Source: Octopus vulgaris (Eukaryota). From it: a DNA stretch of 64,000 nt. Both the position numbers and the translations under genes were made by a program. The number at the start of each line of letters is the position of its first letter. Position 1 is the stretch's first letter. The notes beneath the pieces were generated by a model. It worked only from the letters and a program-made list of their open reading frames with translations, ran no database searches and had not been told where the DNA came from. Shown here piece by piece: positions 1 through 12,879 of the stretch. The DNA is taken from contig OX597824.1 in NCBI GenBank assembly GCA_951406725.2, forward strand, positions 34,348,001-34,412,000. Direction: 5' to 3'.

Positions 1-169
1 TTAATTAGTAACAACGTATATTTTATTTTATTATATTTATAGTATAATTGTAGTAAAGTAAGTTTCTATTTTATTATAGTAAAATAATTATATATAATAG
101 TAATGTATTTTACAATAGAAATAATTAACTGGGTTATAGAAATAGCAATGGACTTGTCTATTTAGTATA

Positions 170-860
170 TCCTTTCATGCGTAGTATATGAGTTTGTCGT
201 TAGTTTTACTCCGTCATTAATCGTGTCTTCTTGCAATTCCAGTTCCACAACTCTGACATTTGTTTCCCTTTGCCCCTAACTTCTCCCTCCTCTCCTTCCT
301 CTCTTATAACTGTATCCTCTGCCTTCTCCTCCCATTCAAATTGCTACGTTTCACCGTCATGCAGATCTTCTCACTCGATCATTCAGCACTAACAGCCAAA
401 ATCATTTACCCTTAGCCGACTTCGCTTACATTTCTTTCTTTTCTTGTCACATCTCTTCCATTCATCGTTTTTTTTTTCGTCCGTCAGACTTTCCGAAGTC
501 TGTCATTTCATCTGTCTGTAGCTAAAGTAGTCTTTATGGTGTGGTATCAGCTCGTAGGGTGTTTTAGAGTGACAAGGTATCACCCAATTCCTGCTACAAT
601 TATTCACTCGAAAGGAAATAACAACAGAAAGGAAATAGGAGAAATAAACAGAAGACTTTAGGAAAAAAAAAATAAAGCAAAATCAAAAAGTGAAGGGTTG
701 AATAATAAATGAAAGGAAGAAGGTTAATCAAGAAGAAAGCTAGGCTCGAGCGGAACGGACGGAAGCCAAGCAGAAGATAAAGCAGCTTGCAAAGGGCTAC
801 CGGTGTCGTCGTTGTTTATCGTTCATTCATTCTTGTGTTAGTGAATGAATCTTGTTGAAG
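170..860 (+). promoter_or_regulatory. Putative promoter/5'UTR region of LCLAT1
   Basis: Repeat-free, relatively CpG-rich stretch directly upstream of the first coding exon. The TSS cannot be determined from sequence. Confidence 0.35.
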
Positions 861-1037
861 ATGACCAGTCGCTCGGCAGTATGTCTCGGAGTGACCTTTA
901 GCTGTCTTGTATTCCTTAGTAGTATGATGGGGACACTCTTCTTGCTGACGCCCGTCCTACCAGTTACCCTTTTTGAGCCCTTCTGGGGACGATGGTTATT
1001 AGATACGATCGTCCTTTCCTGGAAACTCTACGTCGTG
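861..1037 (+). CDS. LCLAT1: Lysocardiolipin acyltransferase 1, coding exon 1 (59 codons, N-terminal hydrophobic segments)
   Basis: ATG at 861; MTSRSAVCLG...WKLYVV; donor GTAAGT at 1038; phase 0 joins exon 2. Confidence 0.85.
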
Positions 1038-4000
1038 GTAAGTTTAATTAATATTTCTACTAAACAACTATATACATAATCCTTTTCCCCACTGGCTGCG
1101 TGCGTACGATCTGATACCAGCATTAATAAGTCTACTTTCAAATTCTGCGAAACAGATCGATAGAACTTTTCGCCAACAGTAAATTCCTCGCCACTTAACA
1201 GTTGCTGCTTTTATTCATGCTTTTAACAACAAAAACAAAACATTCCTTTAATATATTTTGCCGATAGTTTGTTTAACTTTGCTTACAATAAATCATTTAT
1301 TTCCTTGCACGTGATATCGATTCTATTTTCACAAATAGAAGTTTTCAAAAATCTTCCTCTACGCAAATTTGACTTTGTTGAGTCATTCTTCGTTCTGCTA
1401 CCAAACTGTATATACCCAAACATTCTTTAGATATTTAAAATATACGTAATTTTTAATGTAAACTTGAAAACTGTAATGTCGATGCTAATATTTGTTTTGT
1501 TTTTCCTGCTGCTAACTTTTATACTTCGACCTCAAAGCCATTGAAATTTTCCTCACTTTTGTTAATTATGTTGTAAGACGACTAACTTTATTATTCTGTT
1601 TGCAAAGCAAATTTAAAAACATTGTTATATCGTGTAATACTTAAACGAGCAGATGTTATGCTAGTGTTGGTCTTTGCAAATTGTACAAATATACTTGTCT
1701 TCTGTGTTGCAGACATTAATTTTAAATTAATGGATATTTATGTTCTTTCTCCTTGACAGCTAAACAAAATAATTGTGGATAAATTTCCGCTTTATAGTTT
1801 TTATTGTTTTGTTTTGCTTAAACTATATGAAACAGAGTTTATGAATCGGTTTTGAGTTTCAAAAACCTCTCCGGAAAATTAAACCGTTTGTCAGTTACAT
1901 GATAAGCCTAACCTGCTAGAAACAGCAGCAAATCTTCCCTTACCTTTAGAAAAAAAAAAGGGGAGAAAGAACACATCAGATAATGATGTTTTAGACATCC
2001 CTAAAAGGACGGAGTTGCCGTTGAACATAAGTCTGTTCGATAATTGTTGACCAGGGGTTACAAAAAAAACAACATAAAAACGTCCGCATCTCATTAATTA
2101 TGTTTTGTCACATTAACGAAATGTTATTGTAACATGTGGCGAAAAGAAAAAAAAAAGATTATTATTAATATTGATCGAACTGTTGTCACTCACTGACAAT
2201 ATATTTATTAACCTAAATAGAACTTGTAAAATCATAGCGTCTGCTATCAGTCAATTAAGCATCTAATTAATTATCTCCCTATTTTGTTTACATGCTGCTC
2301 AAGATTATTCCTATATACATACATACATACTGTATAATCTACATGTATGTGTGTGTGTAAACAACTATTGAAACATTAAAATAAATCTTATAGAAATTTT
2401 TTCAACTTCAGACTTGAGTTTCATAAAACAATTGACATAATTGTTCATGTCAAATATTTCTGCAATTGTTAAACTTCGGTTTGGTTTTTACAACTTGATG
2501 ATTGTTGATTTACTGAAGACAGTAGTGCTGCGTGCTTAACATTTCGTTTTCCTAACATGTATTTACAATTCCAGAGGTATTTACACTAGACTAATTTTAG
2601 CGATGTATATCGATTACATCTAATATATTCCTGTAGAAACCTTTGCAACTTTTGACTTAATTTCATTGAGTTAATATATTGTTAATTGAAGTAAATTATT
2701 ATTAGTTAATGTCGTTTGTTATTAACTTTATTTATGCTCAGTTTTTACATCAAGATGTTTGTTGATTTGTGGCAGACAACAGCATGGAAGACAATCCGTC
2801 ATGCTTCATGGTGAAATTATGTAGTTCAACATTTAGTTTTCCCAACTTTTCCCCTGTTCATCAAAAGACAAAACATTGACCATGAAATATTGGCAGCACC
2901 ATTGTCACGTGATATTGACGCCATTTTCTGGTTGTCGTTAAGTAGCTTTGTTAGATTATCAACCATTTAATTACCTTTTATTGCTCTTTGCACATCGAAT
3001 ACAAACCCTTAAACTTATTACTGACACAAACCATTATTCTTATTATCACTATTACGATAGATGACATTTTAATTTGAATGTCACACGCACTTGTATCCCT
3101 GTTTTTAAGAGCTTGCTTTATGACACTTGATGCTCGCCAACCTTTTTTTCTTCCGTCTGAAATTGTTGCCGTTTGAGATATATTTGTAAAATTATTTTTA
3201 CTAAACTATTTAATCCACATTCATTTGTGCAACGTAGTTCTTTACCTGGAGACTTTGTCAAAACAATTTACATTTAACGTTGAAGACAAAGCGATAATTA
3301 ATCGTCAGTCCAACTTATAAAATCTGTCATTACTAATGTCACAAGTGCAATTTGACTGTAAAGGGCATTCTCGGAAGGAAATGAAAAACATTTGAAGAAA
3401 ACAGATGTCATCTAGTTGTAATATCCTACGGTGAAGAAATGCTTTGGTCAACTTTTAATTGCCGAGTTGTCAATGCAATTTATCCAACTTTAATTACCTG
3501 ACCCACTGTTACCATAAAAAGTAGCACAAGCATTTTCAAAAAGTGACAGATTGTATTAGAAAGTAGTTCAAATTAAAAGTTTTACTAGTAATTTAAGAAA
3601 TATATTAGAACTGCTTGTAGAGTCAAAACGAAAGATTGCTTGGATCATTTCTAATTTATTTAGTCGATAAGTTAATAATATTCAACAGAAATTTTACATT
3701 TTAGAAATTAAAGTTTTAAAGTTACAAGTAACCCAAATCGGGGTGGCGGCGGGAGAGTAGCTGCAATGCTGATATATATCGTAACTCTATCAGCTACCTT
3801 GGAGTGATTGAGATTTCAATCACGATTGATAACGTCACACCTTGCACGTGCACGTACATCTTGCACTTGTAACTGGGTTAAAGAGGTTTTAAAGTTGAGA
3901 GATAAGTCTGAGTTTGTGGCCATTAAAAAGTAGTACAAGCTGAAAAAGAATGAAGTAGTGATAAAAGGTTTCTTTTATCACTTGTTCTTTCTTATTATTT

Positions 4001-5049
4001 TTCATTATTTATGAAGTACCTGTCAAGTATCGACTCAAGTCGATAATAACGACTAACCCCCTCCCCGTCAAAACTTGGCCTTGACCAAAAATTTGAAACC
4101 ATTATGTTGTAGTATGATAGTGTTTGCAGGAATAATGTATTTATACATGATGAGCAGCGTGACTTGTATAAGTTCATGTTGAACACCCGCTGTCACGTTT
4201 AGGATGGATCTGTCAATTGGTCGAATCCACCGTGAAGATCTTTTTGCTGCCTTCCTTTGGCGGGAAAAGGGCAGGTAGTCTTGGGAGTTTTTATCTGTTT
4301 AACAGCTTTGGCAAATGAGATTTGTATGGTGAACCGCACTGACAGGACTGAAGACAGACACGTTCCTCTTTGGCCAAATTTTCATCAACTTTTTCAAGTT
4401 TTACTTGAAAAGGAAAATAAAGACAGAGAGGGAAGTGCTGCTTTCCATCAAGTTTGTTGAAATATGGATGGAAATCAAAACCAATAGTAAATTTGAAAAT
4501 ATGTTGTTCAAAATAAAGATTACCGAAAATACTCTTTGACTTTTTTAGTATGGAAAATCTGGAAAAAGAAAAGAATTCTTCAGCTCTGGTATGACATCGC
4601 ATTTCTGTGACTTTCACAAGTACCCTAGACTCCACTCCACTCCACTCCACTCAATTACTTATATCATTCAATCATTAATACTTGACATTAATATTTCATA
4701 CCAAATTACAAATTAATTTACAAAAGAATATGGATTATAAAAGTAAACAGTAAAAAGATAGGTAGTCTTGGAATACCTATATCTTGAAGTCCTATCCATC
4801 ATTGGAAAGGAAAAGGGTAGTCTTTCTTTTTTTACCCTTCATTGAGTTTGCAAGTACATGGTTAGCCTATGTGAGTGTTGTACTGGTCTGACCAAAGCTA
4901 AGAACCTCCTCATCCATAATACCACAAACATGAACCTGAGAACTCACTCTGGATGACCAATGTGATGTATCAATTTGACAGTAAAACTGGATATGTGTGT
5001 GTGTTATGAAGAGAGATTCTTAGCACAATTGATCCACAACTGAATAGAC

Positions 5050-7230
5050 TTAAATGAGATGCAGTTTGAAGACAGTGTTTGACAGTGCACCACTTTACAA
5101 GCTATGTACAATGGTGTATTGGGTAAAATGAGAATCAACAATAATTTCAATGATGAATTTAGCATGAAGGTAGGAGTCCATTAAAGTTCAGTCTTCAATC
5201 CTTGTCCTACTGACCATCACAGAGGAGTTTCAGTCTGTCTATGGGAACTCCTATATATTGAGGATCTAGTTCTCATGGCTGAATCTATAGGGAAATTAGA
5301 GAGGAAAATCCAGGCTTGGAAACAAACCAAGGACTGAAAGATCTTAAGGTAAACTTAGAAAACATGCAGGATTTAGTTTGCAAGTAAGATGATGGCTCCC
5401 TGAGAGCTTCAATGAAATGGCCTTACTTAATATGCAGAAAAGAAGTGGGTATAAATTTCATATGCTGTACCCAATGTAAGCTATGTACATGTGAAATGTA
5501 GTGGAATCAAAGTCAGACTATACGAGAATGTAAGCTTTGGATGTAATAATACTCTGGAGCAGTACTTACTAAGAGCACACTGGAAATAAATTCTCTTTAC
5601 TAGTTCACTAGAAGCAGTTGGTAGCTTTTGTTACTTCAGAGATATAATTTGTAAGGAAGATGGTCGCTCGGAAACTATAGTAGCCTGAATAAGAATAGGC
5701 TGGCGAAAGTTCAGGGTGCTACATCTCCTGCTAGCAACAAATGTCCTTTTTCTTCAAAGTGAAGTGCAGATTGTTAGACACTTGTATTAGAACTGTGATG
5801 CTGCTTGGTAGTGAGACATGAGCCTTGAATGTAAAGGGTTTGAAATTACTGGAAAGAAATGGAGCATGCTCCATTTCATATGCAATGCGAGCATGCATGA
5901 AAAACAGTACGAATGTGCTGAGAGAATAACTGGGCATAAGAGGAATCAGGTGTAGTATGCAAGAAAGAAGACTGCACTGGTATTGGACATGTAATGCATA
6001 TGCATGAGGACAGCTGTACAAAAAAAGTGCTGTTCACTTAGTAACGGACGGAACTTGCAGAAGAGGGAAAACATGGGGAAAATTATGAAGGACTGGAATG
6101 ACTGGTGATACTTGTTCTTGAGATGACTCATCCAATTTGGTGAAACTGATTTCTGGAAGTACTGTGTGTGTGCACATATATATATATGCACAACTGGGAC
6201 CTTCACCTAATTTCCTTCTTCCTCAGGACACCCATCACATTCTTAACTGCAGTTCTTTTCTGATACCACTTACTTTTTTCACTACCCAGAACCTCTTCAC
6301 TTGCTGTCCATCCTTCATCCACTAATACGAAAACTGTTCTCTCCACCCACACTTTCATTGATCACCCACCTCCACTGAACCACCAAGTTATCTCTCTTCC
6401 CTCCCCACCATACTGAGTATAACTGAGTTATGGTAGTGCGTCTGTGTGTGTGTGTGCATATGTGTACATGTGTTTATGCACAGCTGAACCCATTACTCAA
6501 TTTCCTTCCTCCTAAAGACATCCCCACCAACTTTTAATTCTAACTACAGCTCTTCCTTGGTTCCACTTACTTTTTTAACTATTTAGTCACATTGTTTTGA
6601 ATTTACCCTGCATTTTCTTGTAGCTTTGAGATTTCGATGATGTGATTGTTTATTTTTAGACTTCCATTGTAGGGTAAATGTGAAAAGTTGGATCTGACCA
6701 GTTTGAACATAAAGCAAGCAGAATATTTTGGCTGGATATGGCTGCTTTAAATATTAAAGTTTTAACTGGGAATTGTTTCATTTGTTATTGATCCATCATC
6801 CATTATTTCTTTTCTCTCCACTACCATCCATCTCTCACTCATGTATTATACCTGCCTCTCTCCTCCACTCCCACAGTCCTGCAGCCTACCTAACATTATA
6901 TTTCTCTCATCCGTCTCCTATCTACTGTATTATCAATCACCATTCTGCTGCCCCACACTGTTAGTCATCTCCTACTCTGTGGCTACTTCTCCTAACTTAT
7001 ACATCAGTGGTCCTCCACCATTTACCATATTTGCCTTTCAACCCTACCTAATCTTTACAGTTGTAAAGTGCAGACATTTGCTGTGCACACACAGACACAC
7101 ACACACTACCACAACTCAGTTATGCTCAGTATGGTGGGGAGAGAAGAGAGACAATTTGGTGGTTTACTGGGAGTGGGTAGAGAGAACCACATGGTTCTGG
7201 ATTCAGTTATACTCCATGGCAACTTAGAAA
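5050..7230 (+). mobile_element. Degenerate RTE-type LINE 3' part (RT remnant, Cys-rich segment, C-terminus, pyrimidine-rich 3'UTR)
   Basis: Broken frames read LLYIEDLVLMAES (YADD-like), SFCY and GWRKF, with a Cys cluster. Homologous to 57640-58620. Confidence 0.7.
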
Positions 7231-8154
7231 AGTATCTTCTACTAATGCTTCAGGCAGATCAAAGCATTGTGAGTGAATTTGCTAGATGGAGACTGAAAGA
7301 AGCCCATCACATGTATAAATATCACATGTGTGTTTGTGTTTGTCCTCCACCACTGATCGACAACTGGTGTTGGTTTGTTTACATCCCTGTAATACAGTGG
7401 TTCAGCAAAAGAAACCAATAGAATAAGTACTGGGCTTAAAAGAAAAAGAAAAACAGTACTGGGGTTGATACATTTGAATAAAAATTATTCAAGGCTGTGT
7501 CCCGTCCCATCATGGCCACAGTCTAATGACAGAAACAAGTAAAAGATAAAAGGTGTGCATGTAGATATGTATATGACTCTGCATGTGTGAGTATTGTATA
7601 TGTTTATATAAATATATGTATGTGTGTGTCTATTTATATATATATATAATCTATGAAGAATGACTATCAACTTCCATTTTCCTGTTTTTCCACTTAATCA
7701 ATTATGTATATTTTTTTATACTCACTTCTTTATAACTAATTCATAAATGTTTTGATGCCATTAGCAACCACATGTACATCTTATAATGTATTATACTAAG
7801 TATGTGTTTATGTAGGTATATATATTTGTATGTGTGTGTGAATGTTGGTATGTGTATATATGTGAGAGACCCCTAATCTTTATTTAAACATTTTTCTAAA
7901 AGAAGGGAACTCTGAAATAACTCCTGCTTCATTGTGGAGCTAGAAATCTTGCTGTTGCTTGTGTCTGGAATATTGGGCTTTGTAGGTGAGAGTTAGTGGT
8001 GTTGTGCCAGCTGATATTGACTTTAAATTTCAATATGAGCATTGCTGTCAGGTCAGCCATTCACTTTAACATTTTGTATAAGATAATTTATTAATGATGA
8101 TCATACTCATTTACAAGTTGACAGGCACCAATTATGTATGTATATAGTTATGTC

Positions 8155-8179
<25 letters not shown>

Positions 8180-8191
<12 letters not shown>

Positions 8192-8569
8192 ATGAGAAGA
8201 CTCGGCAGGACAAGTGAGACCATAACCCGTGGCCTCTACCTGGGATGTAGCCAGTCCACTTATGCATACCTTTCCTTCTTGGGACATAAAACTCTGCTTG
8301 TGAAGACCTGTTGAGGCAAGTGAAAATCAAAATCGAAATCGATCAACATTAATGGAGATTGTAGCCGTGGTACCAGTGCCGGTGGCACGTAAAAAGCACC
8401 ATCCGATCGTGGCCGTTTGCCAGCTTCATCTGGCACGTAAAAAGCATCCACTACACTCACGGAGTGGTTGGTGTTAGGAAGGGCTTCCAGCCGTAGAAAC
8501 ACTGCCAGATCAGACTGGGCCTGGCGCAGCCTTCTGGCTTCCAACCCATGCTAGCATGGAAAGCGAACG

Positions 8570-8572
<3 letters not shown>
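8180..8572 (+). mobile_element. SINE family C copy (internal tandem GCACGTAAAAAGCA units, GGTGTTAGGAAGGGC block)
   Basis: More than 12 related copies: 10470-10710, 18476-18620, 31595-32170, 33652-33800, 37960-38415, 40090-40300, 50424-50630, 51560-52080, 52667-52980, 54847-55152, 56269-56520, 61813-61972, 63287-63438. Most end in (ATG)n tails. Confidence 0.8.
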
Positions 8573-8624
<52 letters not shown>

Positions 8625-8857
8625 GTATTAGGGAGTATAATTCCAAACTTACAGGGAAAAATTCAGTTTAGTATTAAATCAAATTTCACAATATAAATAT
8701 ATAATATATAAATTAGAGAAAAACCACTATTATGCAATTCAAACAATGATAGACATAAGCCAAATCATAAATAAAAAATAAAATATATATATTTTTTTCA
8801 AAACATATAACTAGATCACAAAAAGTACAAAAATGAATAATCAATATAAAGTAAAAA

Positions 8858-8952
8858 AACTACGTATGTTTCATGGCTATAATTAAATTCAAATTATAAT
8901 TAAATTTAATTGAAAATCAATTCAATTTAAAATTATTGTCACTCTTCAGGTT
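8858..8952 (-). ncRNA. Type I hammerhead ribozyme motif with long stem II, in a PLE-like unit (about 8620-9175)
   Basis: Minus strand: AAC-CUGAAGA-GUGACAAUAAUU...AAUUAUAGCCAU-GAAA-C-AUAC-GUA-GUU. The unit also carries a short inverted repeat (8705-8730 / 9148-9172) and sits between TA tracts. Confidence 0.6.
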
Positions 8953-9190
8953 AACAATAATAATAATAATTAAATGAATAAGCAAATAGAGTTAAACAAT
9001 ATTTATTAAAAAAATAAAATAATGATTTTTCTTGTAGAAGTAACTCCATTAACTAAATTTGAAACTTAAAACATTAGGATCATTTGCCTGCAATACATTT
9101 ATTATGTTAAATATTTAAGGTTAAAATAATAGAGTAAATAGATGAAAAATAGTGGTTTTTCTCTAATTTATATTTTATATATATATAAAA

Positions 9191-9545
9191 GCACATGGCT
9201 CAGTGGTTAGAGCGTTGAGCTTACGATCGTGAGGTTGTGAGTTTAATTCCTGGACCTGGCTGCGTGTGTTGTATTCTTGAGCAAGACACTTTATTTCACT
9301 CAGCTGTAGAAATGAGTTGCAACATCACTGGTGCCAAGCTGTATCAGCCTTTGCTTTTCCCTTGGATAACATCGGTGACATGGAGAGTGGAAGCTGGTAT
9401 GCATGGGCAACTGTTGGTCTTCCATAAAAACAACCCTAGGTTGTGCATTTGCTGGTGAGGCAACTTTCTGCTCAGACTTGTACCCCGGAGGGGAACCTCT
9501 CAGGTGCACCATGGCCATTTGTGGCCGACAGTCATATTCGAGAGT
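9191..9545 (+). mobile_element. tRNA-derived SINE family D copy
   Basis: Head TGGCTCAGTGGTTAGAGC (A box) with a B-box-like segment. Related copies at 39610-39790, 49207-49497 and 55985-56229. Confidence 0.75.
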
Positions 9546-9639
9546 TTTATATATATATATATATATATATGTGTATGTATATATATCACACACACACAGA
9601 CCTGCGTGCACACACATACACACACATACTTCCATCTCT

Positions 9640-9890
9640 TGCACTCTCCTGTCTTTGAAAGAACTTTTTCTTCACCCATTTCCTTCCGGTCGTTTCAATA
9701 TGTGACCGCGTGCGTATCGTTGGCGATTTTCTTACTCCGTCTTCCCTTCTTTGGACTTTTCTGTTTTTTCTATATTTCTGACGAAGAGCTCTGCTCGAAA
9801 TGTGAAATCCTCCTTCTTTCTTTCCTTTCCTGAGTGCCCAATAACACTATACTTATTCTACGTCCTCCGTTTGTTCATGCTTGGATTAAC
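9640..9890 (+). mobile_element. Short PLE-type repeat (family Y) carrying a minimal hammerhead-like motif at about 9775-9806
   Basis: UUU-CUGACGA-A-GAGC-UCU-GCUC-GAAAUGUG. Homologous copies at 25016-25145(-), 25550-25742(-) and, more distantly, 14490-14650(+). All adjoin TA/CA tracts. Confidence 0.6.
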
Positions 9891-9940
9891 TATATATATA
9901 CATATATATATACACACACACACACACACATGTATATATA

Positions 9941-10365
9941 AAATGACGAAGGTGGCTATATGCAATATAAAACTTTAAAAAAAATGCAATTGCCACTAAT
10001 TGTGACTAACGGTGCAGGGTAGCACCTACATTGCTAGAAATAAGAGTTAAAAGAACATTCCATATACCAATTGGGGAGATAACCACCTCACAGCGAGCAA
10101 GGTCACTATACTAGTCTAGTTTCGCTTAAAATTAAACTCATCAGTGGTAACTATGCCATCACTGGATGGTTTGGCTAAATCCTGTCTGTCAGTATATAGT
10201 ATTACCATATGATTCTATGGTTAATTCAGCACAATGGTAATGTGAACATGATAAAATAATGAAGGTGGCTACATGCAATATAAACTAAAAAGTAAAATTC
10301 AGTCGTCATGAATTGTGACTAATGGTGCTGAGTAGCACCTATATTGCTGGAAATAAGAGCCTTAA
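9941..10365 (-). mobile_element. PLE-like unit with partial direct repeats (9941-10050 / 10257-10360) and a decayed hammerhead at about 10108-10152
   Basis: Minus strand: UACCA-CUGAUGA-GUUUAA-UU-UUAAGC-GAAA-CUAG-AC-UAGUA. The cleavage triplet appears mutated from GUC to GAC. Confidence 0.55.
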
Positions 10366-10414
10366 AGCCGCAAGGAAGCACTTTCCATATGTGCTTCCTG
10401 TGGCAATGGAATTA

Positions 10415-10449
<35 letters not shown>

Positions 10450-11003
10450 TTGTGTATGTGTATGATTTGTGCCGGTACCATGTAAAAGGCACCCATGCCA
10501 GTGCCACATAAAAAGCACCAATGCTGGTCCACATAAAAAGTACCCTGTGCACTCAGTAAAGTGGTTGGTGTTAGGAAGGGCATCCATCCATAGAAACCAT
10601 GCCAAAACAGACAACTGGAGCTTGGTGCAGCTCTCGAACTTGTCAGCTCCTATCAAACTGTCCAACCAATGCCAACATGGAAAGCAGACATTAAATTATG
10701 AAGATGATGATATATATAAGCCTGTTGTATATGCATGCATATGTATGTGTATATATATATGTGTGTATGTATGTATTTGTGTATCTGTATTTGTCCCACC
10801 ACCATCACTTTGCAACTGATATTGGTGTGTTTACATCCCCATAATGTAGTGGTTTGGCAAAAGAGACTGATAGAGTTAGTACTAGGCTTACAAAGACTAA
10901 GTCCTGGGGTTGATTTGTTCGACTAAAGGCGGTGCTCCAGCATGGCTACAGTTAGATGGCTGAAACTAGTAAAAAAATAAAAGAATATACTCACGCATAA
11001 ATA

Positions 11004-11912
11004 CAAGGTCGTGTCAAAAAAATTCATGGACTAGTTCTGTAGTGTGCCAATAGATAGCAGCAATGGTTGCACGTGCAGTGAGAGCTAGCAATGACTTTCA
11101 TGAGGCAGTGTGCTGAGTGACATCGCTGTGTTTACTTTGCAAGTTGTGAAATTTGTGTTTTTTTTTATTATATGTATGTTGTAGTCTGTGATTTTTGTTG
11201 TGGACAGGAAGTTGGAACAAAGTGCCAGCATGAAATTTTGCGTGAAACTTGAGAAGTCTGCTACAGAGACACTAAGCATGCTTTGGCACACTTACAGCGA
11301 TGAGACAATGGCTCATACACAATGTTTCCTGTGGCACAGGTGCTTCAAAAGCAGAAGAACATTCCTGGAAGACAAAGGACATTCCTGGAAGACAATGAGC
11401 AATCTGGAAGATCTGCCATGAGTGTCACTTCTGGAAATGTAGAGAAAATTCATCAGCTTGTGCATGAGGATCGTCAGAGGATAATCAATGACATTGCTGA
11501 TGTTGATGGTGTCGTATGGCTCAATGCAGGTAATCCTAACATTCACGAAGTATTGGATTCTTCACAACAATGCACCCTGTCACTGAGCTCTCTTCACTTA
11601 TGAGTTTCTTACCCAAAACAACATGGTATCACTTCCACACCCACCCTATTCCCATCTCTTCCCCAAGATAAAAATGCAGCTAAAACATCACAATTTTAAC
11701 ACCATTGTCAAGATCCAGAGTGAATCGCAGAAGGTCTTCAACTTGCTTACAGGAAACAATTTCCAGACCAGATTCCAAAAGTGGCAGGAATGCTGGGACT
11801 GGTGTATTGCTGTGCGATGTGACTATTTTAAAGGAGATGATATTAAAACTTAAGTAAATAATTTATTTTTTATTAAACGTGACTAGTCCAGGAACGTTTT
11901 GATACCACCTCA
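11004..11912 (+). mobile_element. Internally deleted mariner element
   Basis: TA flanks and imperfect ~30-bp TIRs ending GGACTAGT. Transposase remnants EQSASMKFCVKLEKSATETL and LPHPPYS-HLFPKIK. Confidence 0.85.
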
Positions 11913-11939
11913 TATGTGTGTGTCTATGTATATATATTT

Positions 11940-12870
11940 ATGTGTGTAGTTTTATTCCAGACGATGTGAGGTTAAAATAAATAGGAAAGGAGAAGGTGTC
12001 TAGCTTTGGAGGAGGTACGTGGTTACCCCAGTTGCAAAGGGAAGAGGATGGTGGTGAAGACGTGTGAGGGTGTAGCCACAAGTTACAGGAAGGTGAATAT
12101 AAGAGAAGTGATATGGGTGGGTAAGTAAGTTTGCAGGAGTGTGAAAGATAGTGGCAGATGAAAAGAGGGAAATAGTGAGTGGTGAGCACTGGTGGAGAAT
12201 GTGGTCAATGATGAATATCTGTTGGAGGTGAAGGTGGAGGATGTAGTTGTGGGTCAGGGAGTTAAAAGGTGACAGCAAAGATGGTGTGAAATGTGTTAGG
12301 GTGTGAGAGAGACACACAGTGCCAGGGATGAAAGTCAGAAGTAGAAGAGGTTGGAAATGGTGAGACAAATAGAGGTAATGGAGAGAAGACTACCATTGGC
12401 AAAAGGAGGTGTGTGCAGAGAAAGGGGAGGTGAAAGGAAATAAGGTGGGAATAGTTGATTATGAAAATGCAGGTGACAAAGGAAGTGATTCCTGAGAGAG
12501 TGGTAATTGGTAGTTCAGCAGCAGACGAACAGAATATGTGCAGTTCTGTTCTCAAAATTACAGCAGCTGAATGAGTAGTGCCATAGTCAGAAGAATGATG
12601 GAGGGATGGGTGTTAGGAAGATAAGTAGAGGAGGGAAGATACATTAGGGACAGATTGGGTACAGAAGTTTAGATATAATTGATGTGCTTTTAGGACCCTA
12701 TTTGTGTTGATGTGGACAGGTTTTCTCAAGCACAGCAAATTGCCAATCATCTCAATCTTTTGTCTTCTCCTCCATGAGACTTGACATCTGGAGGTCATTC
12801 TTCCCTACTTCATTCCATGTCTTCCTAAGTCTCCCTCTTCCACATTTAGAGACTAGCACTTCTTTATGCC
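11940..12870 (-). mobile_element. RTE-type LINE 3' end and GA/CT-rich 3'UTR
   Basis: The minus strand near 12790-12845 reads GRGRLRKTWNEVGKNDL. The purine-rich tail resembles the complement of the tails at 6200-7200 and 58140-58620. Confidence 0.5.
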
Positions 12871-12879
12871 ACTATCAAG

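Noticed and set aside
852-860. ORF-track start at TTG 852 for LCLAT1
   Set aside because: A eukaryotic gene would use the ATG at 861.
4628-4652. (CTCCA)n run
   Set aside because: Short, ordinary pentanucleotide microsatellite.
9191-9265. tRNA-like sequences at SINE heads
   Set aside because: They have A/B boxes but no full cloverleaf and continue into SINE bodies.
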